Part shown: positions 14,201-27,500 of the stretch, piece by piece
How positions within the stretch are numbered: the first letter of the stretch is position 1
Layout of the letters: each line of letters begins with the position of its first letter
Assembly: GCA_964247055.1 (NCBI GenBank)
Contig: OZ176058.1
Coordinates: 4,030,001-4,094,000, forward strand
Direction of reading: 5' to 3'
From: Paragordius varius
Taxonomy: Eukaryota; Animalia; Nematomorpha
Length of the DNA stretch: 64,000 bases
Position numbers and translations under genes: made by a program
Notes under the pieces: model-generated
Databases searched by the model: none
The model's input: only the letters and a program-made list of their open reading frames with translations
Told to the model about the DNA's origin: nothing

Positions 14201-15900
14201 ACAATCAAATTTTGTTTTCTTTTAACTTTTTAGTGTTTCCAACAATCAATCATATATTTTTAACAATCAAATAATTTTTTTAACAATCAAAATATGTTGA
14301 CCAATAGCTTTTTAGTATTTCCAACAATCAAATAATTTTTCCAACAATCAAAATATGTTTTCTTTTAACTTTTAGTGTTTCCAACAATTAAATAATTTTT
14401 CAACAATCAAATTATGTTGTCTTTTATCATTTTAGTGTTTCCAACAATCACATATATTTTCAACAAACAAATATTTTTTCCAACAATCAAAATATGTTGC
14501 CCAATAGCTTTTTAGTATTTCCAACAATCAAACATATATTTTCAATAATCAAATAATTTTTCCAACAATCAAATTATGTTGTCTTTTAACTTACTGTTTC
14601 CAACAATCAAACATATATTTTCAACAATCAAATAATTTTTCCAACAATCAAAATATGTTGCCCAATAGCTTTTTAGTATTTCCAAAAATCAAACATATAT
14701 TTTCAACAATCAAATAATTTTTCCAACAATCAAACATATATTTTCAACATTCAAATAATTTTTCCAACAATCAAAATATGTTGCCGAATAGCTTTTTAGT
14801 GTTTCCAACTATCAAACATATATTTTCAACAATCAAATAATTTTTTCTACAATCAAATTATGTTGTCTTTTAACTTTTTAGTGTTTCCAACAATCAAACA
14901 TATTTTTTCGACAATCAAATAATTTTTCAAACAATCATAATATGTTGCCTAACAGCTTTTTAATCTTTCCAACAATCAAGCATATATTTTCAACAATCAT
15001 ATAATTTATTCAACAATCAAATTATGTTGTCTTTTAACTATTTATTGTTTCCAACAATCAAACATATATTTTCAACAATCAAATAATTTTAACAATCAAA
15101 ATATGTTTTCTTTTAACTTTTTAGTGTTTCCAACAAGTAATCATATATTTTCAACAATCATATTTATTCAACAATCAAATTTTGTTTTCTTTTAACTTTT
15201 TAGTGTTTCCAACAATCAATCATATATTTTTAACAATCAAATAATTTTTTTAACAATCAAAATATGTTGACCAATAGCTTTTTAGTATTTCCAACAATCA
15301 AATAATTTTTCCAACAATCAAAATATGTTTTCTTTTAACTTTTAGTGTTTCCAACAATTAAATAATTTTTCAACAATCAAATTATGTTGTCTTTTATCAT
15401 TTTAGTGTTTCCAACAATCACATATATTTTCAACAAACAAATATTTTTTCCAACAATCAAAATATGTTGCCCAATAGCTTTTTAGTATTTCCAACAATCA
15501 AACATATATTTTCAATAATCAAATAATTTTTCCAACAATCAAATTATGTTGTCTTTTAACTTACTGTTTCCAACAATCAAACATATATTTTCAACAATCA
15601 AATAATTTTTCCAACAATCAAAATATGTTGCCCAATAGCTTTTTAGTATTTCCAAAAATCAAACATATATTTTCAACAATCAAATAATTTTTCCAACAAT
15701 CAAAATATGTTTTCTTTTAACTTTTTAGTGTTTCCAACAATCAAACATATATTTTCAACAATAAAATAATTTTTTTAACAATCAAAATATGTTGCCCAAT
15801 AGCTTTTTAGTATTTCCAACAATCAAATAATTTTTCCAACAATCAAATTATGTTGTCTTTTAACTTATTAGTGTTTCCAACAATCAAACATATATTTTCA
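11222..15900 (+). repeat. Cluster of ~965-1193-bp higher-order repeats, including a 2124-bp tandem duplication
   Basis: GCCTAACAGC at 11858, 12823, 13977, 14947 (steps 965, 1154, 970). GCCGAATAG at 12661, 13815, 14785. Offset 2124 for 12661/14785 and 12823/14947. Positions 1 to ~1240 match 11222 onward (offset 11221, shared AACGATCAAAC variant). Confidence 0.88.
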
Positions 15901-15949
15901 ACAATCAAATAATTTTTCCAACAATCAAAATATGTTGCCCATTTTTAGT

Positions 15950-18900
15950 ATTTCCAACAATCAAACATATATTTTCAACAATCAAATAATTTTTCCAACA
16001 ATCAAAATATGTTTTCTTTTAACTTTTTAGTGTTTCCAAAAATCAAACATATATTTTCAACAATCAAATAATTTTTCCAACAATCAAAATATGTTTTCTT
16101 TTAACTTTTTAGTGTTTCCAACAATCAAACATATATTTTCAACAATAAAATAATTTTTTTAACAATCAAAATATGTTGCCCAATAGCTTTTTAGTATTTC
16201 CAACAATCAAATAATTTTTCCAACAATCAAATTATGTTGTCTTTTAACTTATTAGTGTTTCCAACAATCAAACATATATTTTCAACAATCAAATAATTTT
16301 TCCAACAATCAAAATATGTTGCCCATTTTTAGTATTTCCAACAATCAAACATATATTTTCAACAATCAAATAATTTTTCCAACAATCAAAATATGTTTTC
16401 TTTTAACTTTTTAGTGTTTCCAACAATCAAACATATATTTTCAACAATCAAATAATTTTTCCAACAATCAAAATATGTTGCCCAATAGCTTTTTAGTATT
16501 TCCAACAATCAAACATATATTTTCAAGCATCAAATAATTTTTCCAACAATCAAACATATATTTTCAACAATCAAATAATTTTTCCAACAATCAAAATATG
16601 TTTTTTTTAACTTTTTAGTGTTTCCAACAATCAAACATATATTTTCAACAATAAAATAATTTTTTTAACAATCAAAATATGTTGTCTTTTAACTTTTTAG
16701 TGTTTCCAACAATCAATCATACATTTTCGACAATCAAATAATTTCTCCAACAATCAAAATATGTTACCCAATAGTTTTTTAGTTTTTCCAACAATTAAAT
16801 AATTTTTTCAACAATCTAATTATGTTGTCTTTTAACTTTTTAGTGTTTCCAACAATCAAACATATATTTTCAACAATCAAATAATTTTGCAACAATAAAT
16901 ATGTTGCCCAATAGTTTTTTAGTGTTTCCAACAATTAAATAATTTTTTCAACAATCAAATTATGTTGTCTTTTAACTTTTTAGTGTTTCCAACAATCAAA
17001 CATATATTTTCAACAATCAAATAATTTTTCCAACAATCAATGTTGCCCAATAGCTTTTTAGTATTTCCAACAATCAAACATATATTTTCAACAATCAAAT
17101 AATTTTTCCAACAATCAAAATATGTTTTCTTTTAACTTTTTAGTGTTTCCAACAATCAAACATATATTTTCAACAATCAAATAATTTTCCAACAATAAAT
17201 ATGTTGCCCAATAGTTTTTCAGTGTTTCCCACAATTAAATAATTTTTTCAACAATCAAATTATGTTGTCTTTTATCTTTTTAGTGTTTCCAACAATCAAA
17301 CATATATTTTCAACAATCAAATAATTTTTCCAACAATCAAAATATGTTTTCTTTTAACTTTTTAGTTTTTCCAACAATCAATCATATATTTTCAACAATC
17401 AAATAATTTCTCCAACAATCAAAATATGATGTCCAATAGCTTTTTAGTGTTTCCAATTTCCAACAATCAAAATTTGATTTCTTTTGACTTTTTAGTGTTT
17501 CCAACAATCAAACATATATTTTCAATAATCAAATAATTTTTCCAACAATCAAATTATGTTGTCTTTTAACTTTTTACTGTTTCCAACAATCAAACATATA
17601 TTTTCAACAATCAAATAATTTTTCCAACAATCAAAATATGTTGCCCAATAGCTTTTTGGTATTTATAAAAACAAACATATATTTTCAACAATCAAATAAT
17701 TTTTCCAACAATCAAAATATGTTTTCTTTTAACTTTTTAGTGTTTTCAACAATCAAACATATATTTTCAACAATAAAATAATTTTTTTAACAATCAAAAT
17801 ATGTTGCCCAATAGCTTTTTAGTATTTCCAACAATCAAACATATATTTTCAACAATCAAACATATATTTTCAACAATCAAATAATTTTTCCAACAATCAA
17901 AATATGTTGCCCAATAGCTTTTTAGTGTTTCCAACAATGAAACATATATTTTCAACAATCAAACATATTTTTTCGACAATCAAATAATTTTTCAAACAAT
18001 CATAATATGTTGCCTAACAGCTTTTTAATCTTTCCAACAATCAAGCATATATTTTCAACAATCATATAATTTATTCAACAATCAAATTATGTTGTCTTTT
18101 AACTATTTATTGTTTCCAACAATCAAACATATATTTTCAACAATCAAATAATTTTAACAATCAAAATATGTTTTCTTTTAACTTTTTAGTGTTTCCAACA
18201 AGTAATCATATATTTTCAACAATTTATTCAACAATCAAATTTTGTTTTCTTTTAACTTTTTAGTGTTTCCAACAATCAATCATATATTTTTAACAATCAA
18301 ATAATTTTTTTAACAATCAAAATATGTTGACCAATAGCTTTTTAGTATTTCCAACAATCAAATAATTTTTCCAACAATCAAAATATGTTTTCTTTTAACT
18401 TTTAGTGTTTCCAACAATTAAATAATTTTTCAACAATCAAATTATGTTGTCTTTTATCATTTTAGTGTTTCCAACAATCACATATATTTTCAACAAACAA
18501 ATATTTTTTCCAACAATCAAAATATGTTGCCCAATAGCTTTTTAGTATTTCCAACAATCAAACATATATTTTCAATAATCAAATAATTTTTCCAACAATC
18601 AAATTATGTTGTCTTTTAACTTACTGTTTCCAACAATCAAACATATATTTTCAACAATCAAATAATTTTTCCAACAATCAAAATATGTTGCCCAATAGCT
18701 TTTTAGTATTTCCAAAAATCAAACATATATTTTCAACAATCAAATAATTTTTCCAACAATCAAACATATATTTTCAACATTCAAATAATTTTTCCAACAA
18801 TCAAAATATGTTGCCGAATAGCTTTTTAGTGTTTCCAACTATCAAACATATATTTTCAACAATCAAATAATTTTTTCTACAATCAAATTATGTTGTCTTT

Positions 18901-21900
18901 TAACTTTTTAGTGTTTCCAACAATCAAACATATTTTTTCGACAATCAAATAATTTTTCAAACAATCATAATATGTTGCCTAACAGCTTTTTAATCTTTCC
19001 AACAATCAAGCATATATTTTCAACAATCATATAATTTATTCAACAATCAAATTATGTTGTCTTTTAACTATTTATTGTTTCCAACAATCAAACATATATT
19101 TTCAACAATCAAATAATTTTAACAATCAAAATATGTTTTCTTTTAACTTTTTAGTGTTTCCAACAAGTAATCATATATTTTCAACAATCATATTTATTCA
19201 ACAATCAAATTTTGTTTTCTTTTAACTTTTTAGTGTTTCCAACAATCAATCATATATTTTTAACAATCAAATAATTTTTTTAACAATCAAAATATGTTGA
19301 CCAATAGCTTTTTAGTATTTCCAACAATCAAATAATTTTTCCAACAATCAAAATATGTTTTCTTTTAACTTTTAGTGTTTCCAACAATTAAATAATTTTT
19401 CAACAATCAAATTATGTTGTCTTTTATCATTTTAGTGTTTCCAACAATCACATATATTTTCAACAAACAAATATTTTTTCCAACAATCAAAATATGTTGC
19501 CCAATAGCTTTTTAGTATTTCCAACAATCAAACATATATTTTCAATAATCAAATAATTTTTCCAACAATCAAATTATGTTGTCTTTTAACTTACTGTTTC
19601 CAACAATCAAACATATATTTTTAACAATCAAATAATTTTTCCAACAATCAAAATATGTTGCCCAATAGCTTTTTAGTATTTCCAAAAATCAAACATATAT
19701 TTTCAACAATCAAATAATTTTTCCAACAATCAAAATATGTTTTCTTTTAACTTTTTAGTGTTTCCAACAATCAAACATATATTTTCAACAATAAAATAAT
19801 TTTTTTAACAATCAAAATATGTTGCCCAATAGCTTTTTAGTTTTTCCAACAATCAAATAATTTTTCCAACAATCAAATTATGTTGTCTTTTAACTTATTA
19901 GTGTTTCCAACAATCAAACATATATTTTCAACAATCAAATAATTTTTCCAACAATCAAAATATGTTGCCCATTTTTAGTATTTCCAACAATCAAACATAT
20001 ATTTTCAACAATCAAATAATTTTTCCAACAATCAAAATATGTTTTCTTTTAACTTTTTAGTGTTTCCAACAATCAAACATATATTTTCAACAATCAAATA
20101 ATTTTTCCAACAATCAAAATATGTTGCCCAATAGCTTTTTAGTATTTCCAACAATCAAACATATATTTTCAAGCATCAAATAATTTTTCCAACAATCAAA
20201 CATATATTTTCAACAATCAAATAATTTTTCCAACAATCAAAATATGTTTTTTTTAACTTTTTAGTGTTTCCAACAATCAAACATATATTTTCAACAATAA
20301 AATAATTTTTTTAACAATCAAAATATGTTGTCTTTTAACTTTTTAGTGTTTCCAACAATCAATCATACATTTTCGACAATCAAATAATTTCTCCAACAAT
20401 CAAAATATGTTACCCAATAGTTTTTTAGTTTTTCCAACAATTAAATAATTTTTTCAACAATCTAATTATGTTGTCTTTTAACTTTTTAGTGTTTCCAACA
20501 ATCAAACATATATTTTCAACAATCAAATAATTTTGCAACAATAAATATGTTGCCCAATAGTTTTTTAGTGTTTCCAACAATTAAATAATTTTTTCAACAA
20601 TCAAATTATGTTGTCTTTTAACTTTTTAGTGTTTCCAACAATCAAACATATATTTTCAACAATCAAATAATTTTGCAACAATAAATATGTTGCCCAATAG
20701 TTTTTTAGTTTTTCCAACAATCAAATAATTTTTCCAACAATCAAAATATGTTTTCTTTTAACTTTTTAGTGTTTCCAACAATCAAACATATATTTTCAAC
20801 AATCAAATAATTTTCCAACAATAAATATGTTGCCCAATAGTTTTTCAGTGTTTCCCACAATTAAATAATTTTTTCAACAATCAAATTATGTTGTCTTTTA
20901 TCTTTTTAGTGTTTCCAACAATCAAACATATATTTTCAACAATCAAATAATTTTTCCAACAATCAAAATATGTTTTCTTTTAACTTTTTAGTTTTTCCAA
21001 CAATCAATCATATATTTTCAACAATCAAATAATTTCTCCAACAATCAAAATATGATGTCCAATAGCTTTTTAGTGTTTCCAATTTCCAACAATCAAAATT
21101 TGATTTCTTTTGACTTTTTAGTGTTTCCAACAATCAAACATATATTTTCAATAATCAAATAATTTTTCCAACAATCAAATTATGTTGTCTTTTAACTTTT
21201 TACTGTTTCCAACAATCAAACATATATTTTCAACAATCAAATAATTTTTCCAACAATCAAAATATGTTGCCCAATAGCTTTTTGGTATTTATAAAAACAA
21301 ACATATATTTTCAACAATCAAATAATTTTTCCAACAATCAAAATATGTTTTCTTTTAACTTTTTAGTGTTTTCAACAATCAAACATATATTTTCAACAAT
21401 AAAATAATTTTTTTAACAATCAAAATATGTTGCCCAATAGCTTTTTAGTATTTCCAACAATCAAACATATATTTTCAACAATCAAACATATATTTTCAAC
21501 AATCAAATAATTTTTCCAACAATCAAAATATGTTGCCCAATAGCTTTTTAGTGTTTCCAACAATGAAACATATATTTTCAACAATCAAACATATTTTTTC
21601 GACAATCAAATAATTTTTCAAACAATCATAATATGTTGCCTAACAGCTTTTTAATCTTTCCAACAATCAAGCATATATTTTCAACAATCATATAATTTAT
21701 TCAACAATCAAATTATGTTGTCTTTTAACTATTTATTGTTTCCAACAATCAAACATATATTTTCAACAATCAAATAATTTTAACAATCAAAATATGTTTT
21801 CTTTTAACTTTTTAGTGTTTCCAACAAGTAATCATATATTTTCAACAATTTATTCAACAATCAAATTTTGTTTTCTTTTAACTTTTTAGTGTTTCCAACA

Positions 21901-23300
21901 ATCAATCATATATTTTTAACAATCAAATAATTTTTTTAACAATCAAAATATGTTGACCAATAGCTTTTTAGTATTTCCAACAATCAAATAATTTTTCCAA
22001 CAATCAAAATATGTTTTCTTTTAACTTTTAGTGTTTCCAACAATTAAATAATTTTTCAACAATCAAATTATGTTGTCTTTTATCATTTTAGTGTTTCCAA
22101 CAATCACATATATTTTCAACAAACAAATATTTTTTCCAACAATCAAAATATGTTGCCCAATAGCTTTTTAGTATTTCCAACAATCAAACATATATTTTCA
22201 ATAATCAAATAATTTTTCCAACAATCAAATTATGTTGTCTTTTAACTTACTGTTTCCAACAATCAAACATATATTTTCAACAATCAAATAATTTTTCCAA
22301 CAATCAAAATATGTTGCCCAATAGCTTTTTAGTATTTCCAAAAATCAAACATATATTTTCAACAATCAAATAATTTTTCCAACAATCAAAATATGTTTTC
22401 TTTTAACTTTTTAGTGTTTCCAACAATCAAACATATATTTTCAACAATAAAATAATTTTTTTAACAATCAAAATATGTTGCCCAATAGCTTTTTAGTATT
22501 TCCAACAATCAAATAATTTTTCCAACAATCAAATTATGTTGTCTTTTAACTTATTAGTGTTTCCAACAATCCAACATATATTTTCAACAATCAAATAATT
22601 TTTCCAACAATCAAAATATGTTGCCCAATAGCTTTTTAGTATTTCCAACAATCAAACATATATTTTCAACAATCAAATAATTTTTCCAACAATCAAAATA
22701 TGTTTTCTTTTAACTTTTTAGTGTTTCCAACAATCAAACATATATTTTCAACAATCAAATAATTTTTCCAACAATCAAAATATGTTGCCCAATAGCTTTT
22801 TAGTATTTCCAACAATCAAACATATATTTTCAAGCATCAAATAATTTTTCCAACAATCAAACATATATTTTCAACAATCAAATAATTTTTCCAACAATCA
22901 AAATATGTTTTTTTTAACTTTTTAGTGTTTCCAACAATCAAACATATATTTTCAACAATAAAATAATTTTTTTAACAATCAAAATATGTTGTCTTTTAAC
23001 TTTTTAGTGTTTCCAACAATCAATCATACATTTTCGACAATCAAATAATTTCTCCAACAATCAAAATATGTTACCCAATAGTTTTTTAGTTTTTCCAACA
23101 ATTAAATAATTTTTTCAACAATCTAATTATGTTGTCTTTTAACTTTTTAGTGTTTCCAACAATCAAACATATATTTTCAACAATCAAATAATTTTGCAAC
23201 AATAAATATGTTGCCCAATAGTTTTTTAGTGTTTCCAACAATTAAATAATTTTTTCAACAATCAAATTATGTTGTCTTTTAACTTTTTAGTGTTTCCAAC
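15950..23300 (+). repeat. Overlapping duplications at offsets 3646/3626 and 2661 bp
   Basis: Offset 3646: CAAGCATC 16527/20173, AATCTAATT 16816/20462, GCCCATTTTT 16325/19971. Offset 3626: 17475/21101, 17658/21284, 18012/21638. Offset 2661: 18977/21638, 20173/22834, 20462/23123. The difference 3626-2661 = 965 equals the local higher-order unit. Confidence 0.85.
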
Positions 23301-24574
23301 AATCAATCATACATTTTCGACAATCAAATAATTTCTCCAACAATCAAAATATGTTACCCAATAGTTTTTTAGTTTTTCCAACAATTAAATAATTTTTTCA
23401 ACAATCTAATTATGTTGTCTTTTAACTTTTTAGTGTTTCCAACAATCAAACATATATTTTCAACAATCAAATAATTTTGCAACAATAAATATGTTGCCCA
23501 ATAGTTTTTTAGTGTTTCCAACAATTAAATAATTTTTTCAACAATCAAATTATGTTGTCTTTTAACTTTTTAGTGTTTCCAACAATCAAACATATATTTT
23601 CAACAATCAAATAATTTTTCCAACAATCAATGTTGCCCAATAGCTTTTTAGTATTTCCAACAATCAAACATATATTTTCAACAATCAAATAATTTTTCCA
23701 ACAATCAAAATATGTTTTCTTTTAACTTTTTAGTGTTTCCAACATTCAAACATATATTTTCAACAATAAAATAATTTTTTTAACAATCAAAATATGTTGC
23801 CCAATAGCTTTTTAGTATTTCCAACAATCAAATAATTTTTCCAACAATCAAATTATGTTGTCTTTTAACTTTTTAGTGTTTCCAACAATCAAACATATAT
23901 TTTCAACAATCAAATAATTTTTCCAACAATCAAAATATGTTTTCTTTTAACTTTTTAGTTTTTCCAACAATCAATCATATATTTTCAACAATCAAATAAT
24001 TTCTCCAACAATCAAAATATGATGTCCAATAGCTTTTTAGTGTTTCCAATTTCCAACAATCAAAATTTGATTTCTTTTGACTTTTTAGTGTTTCCAACAA
24101 TCAAACATATATTTTCAATAATCAAATAATTTTTCCAACAATCAAATTATGTTGTCTTTTAACTTTTTACTGTTTCCAACAATCAAACATATATTTTCAA
24201 CAATCAAATAATTTTTCCAACAATCAAAATATGTTGCCCAATAGCTTTTTGGTATTTATAAAAACAAACATATATTTTCAACAATCAAATAATTTTTCCA
24301 ACAATCAAAATATGTTTTCTTTTAACTTTTTAGTGTTTTCAACAATCAAACATATATTTTCAACAATAAAATAATTTTTTTAACAATCAAAATATGTTGC
24401 CCAATAGCTTTTTAGTATTTCCAACAATCAAATAATTTTTCCAACAATCAAATTATGTTGTCTTTTAACTTATTAGTGTTTCCAACAATCAAACATATAT
24501 TTTCAACAATCAAATAATTTTTCCAACAATCAAAATATGTTGCCCAATAGCTTTTTAGTATTTCCAACAATCAA

Positions 24575-27500
24575 ACATATATTTTCAACAATCAAATAAT
24601 TTTTCCAACAATCAAAATATGTTTTCTTTTAACTTTTTAGTGTTTCCAACAATCAAACATATATTTTCAACAATCAAATAATTTTTCCAACAATCAAAAT
24701 ATGTTGCCCAATAGCTTTTTAGTATTTCCAACAATCAAACATATATTTTCAACGATCCAATAATTTTTCCAACAATCAAAATATGTTTTCTTTTAACTTT
24801 TTTGTGTCCAACAATCAAACATATATTTTCAACAATCAAATAATTATTTTAACAATCAAAATATGTTGCCCAATAGCTTTATAGTATTTCCAACAATCAA
24901 ATAATTTTTCCAACAATCAAAATATGTTTTCTTTTAACTTTTTAGTGTTTCCAACAATCAAACATATATTTTCAACAATCAAACATATTTTTTCGACAAT
25001 CAAATAATTTTTCAAACAATCATAATATGTTGCCTAACAGCTTTTTAATCTTTCCAACAATCAAGCATATATTTTCAACAATCATATAATTTATTCAACA
25101 ATCAAATTATGTTGTCTTTTAACTATTTATTGTTTCCAACAATCAAACATATATATTCAACAATCAAATAATTTTAACAATCAAAATATGTTTTCTTTTA
25201 ACTTTTTAGTGTTTCCAACAATTAATCATATATTTTCAACAATCATATTTATTCAACAATCAAATTTTGTTTTCTTTTATCTTTTTAGTGTTTCCAACAA
25301 TCAATCATATATTTTTAACAATCAAATAATTTTTTTAACAATCAAAATATGTTGACCAATAGCTTTTTAGTATTTCCAACAATCAAATAATTTTTCCAAC
25401 AATTAAAATATGTTTTCTTTTAACTTTTTAGTGTTTCCAACAATCAAACATATATTTTCAACAATCAAATAATTTTTACAACAATCAAAATATGTTGCCC
25501 AATAGTTTTTAGTGTTTCCAACAATGAAACATATATTTTCAACAATCAAATAATTTTTCAAACAATCAAAATATTGCCCAATAGCTTTTAGTGTTTCCAA
25601 CAATCCTACATATATTTTCAACAATCGAATAATTTCAAACAAACAAAATATGTTGCCCAATAGCTTTTTAGTATTTCCAACAATCAATCATATATTTTCA
25701 ACAATCAAATAATTTCTCCAACAATCAAAATATTATGCCCAATAGCTTTTTAGTGTTCCCAATTTCCAACAATCAAAATTTGATTTCTTTTAACTTTTTA
25801 TCAAACATATATTTTCAACAATGAAATAATTTTTCCAACAATCAAAATATGTTGCCCAATAGCTTTTTAGTATTTCCAACAATCAAACATATATTTTCAA
25901 CAATCAAATAATTTTTCCAACTATCAAAATATGTTTTTTTTAACTTTTTAGTGTTTCCAACAATCAAACATATATTTTCAACAATCAAATAATTTTTCAA
26001 ACAATCAAAATATGTTGCTCAATACCTTTTAATATTTCCAACAATCAAAGATATATTTGCACAATCAAATATTTTACAACAATTAAATGTTTTTTATTTT
26101 TTTAGTGTTTCCAACAATCAAACATATATTTTCAACAATCAAATAATTTTTCCAACAATCAAATTATGTTGTCTTTTAACTTTTTAGTGTTTCCAACAAT
26201 CAATCATACATTTTCGACAATCAAATAATTTCTCCAACAATCAAAATATGTTACCCAATAGTTTTTTAGTTTTTCCAACAATTAAATAATTTTTTCAACA
26301 ATCAAATTATGTTGTCTTTTAACTTTTTAGTGTTTCCAACAATCAAACATATATTTTCAACAATCAAATAATTTTGCAACAATAAATATGTTGCCCAATA
26401 GTTTTTTAGTGTTTCCAACAATTAAATAATTTTTTCAACAATCAAATTATGTTGTCTTTTAACTTTTAATGTTTCCAACAATCAAACATATATTTTCAAC
26501 AATCAAATAATTTTTCCAACAATCAATGTTGCCCAATAGCTTTTTAGTATTTCCAACAATCAAACATATATTTTCAACAATCAAATAATTTTTCCAACAA
26601 TCAAAATATGTTTTCTTTTAACTTTTTAGTGTTTCCAACAATCAAACATATATTTTCAACAATCAAACATATATTTTCAACAATAAAATAATTTTTTTAA
26701 CAATCAAAATATGTTGCCCAATAGCTTTTTAGTATTTCCAACAATCAAATAATTTTTCCAACAATCAAATTATGTTGTCTTTTAACTTTTTAGTGTTTCC
26801 AACAATCAAACATATATTTTCAACAATCAAATAATTTTTCCAACAATCAAAATATGTTTTCTTTTAACTTTTTAGTTTTTCCAACAATCAATCATATATT
26901 TTCAACAATCAAATAATTTCTCCAACAATCAAAATATGATGTCCAATAGCTTTTTAGTGTTTCCAATTTCCAACAATCAAAATTTGATTTCTTTTGACTT
27001 TTTAGTGTTTCCAACAATCAAACATATATTTTCAATAATCAAATAATTTTTCCAACAATCAAATTATGTTGTCTTTTAACTTTTTACTGTTTCCAACAAT
27101 CAAACATATATTTTCAACAATCAAATAATTTTTCCAACAATCAAAATATGTTGCCCATTAGCTTTTTGGTATTTATAAAAACAAACATATATTTTCAACA
27201 ATCAAATAATTTTTCCAACAATCAAAATATGTTTTCTTTTAACTTTTTAGTGTTTCCAACAATCAAACATATATTTTCAACAATCAAATAATTTTTCCAA
27301 CAATCAAAATATGTTGCCCAATAGCTTTTTAGTATTTCCAACAATCAAACATATATTTTCAACGATCCAATAATTTTTCCAACAATCAAAATATGTTTTC
27401 TTTTAACTTTTTTGTGTCCAACAATCAAACATATATTTTCAACAATCAAATAATTATTTTAACAATCAAAATATGTTGCCCAATAGCTTTATAGTATTTC

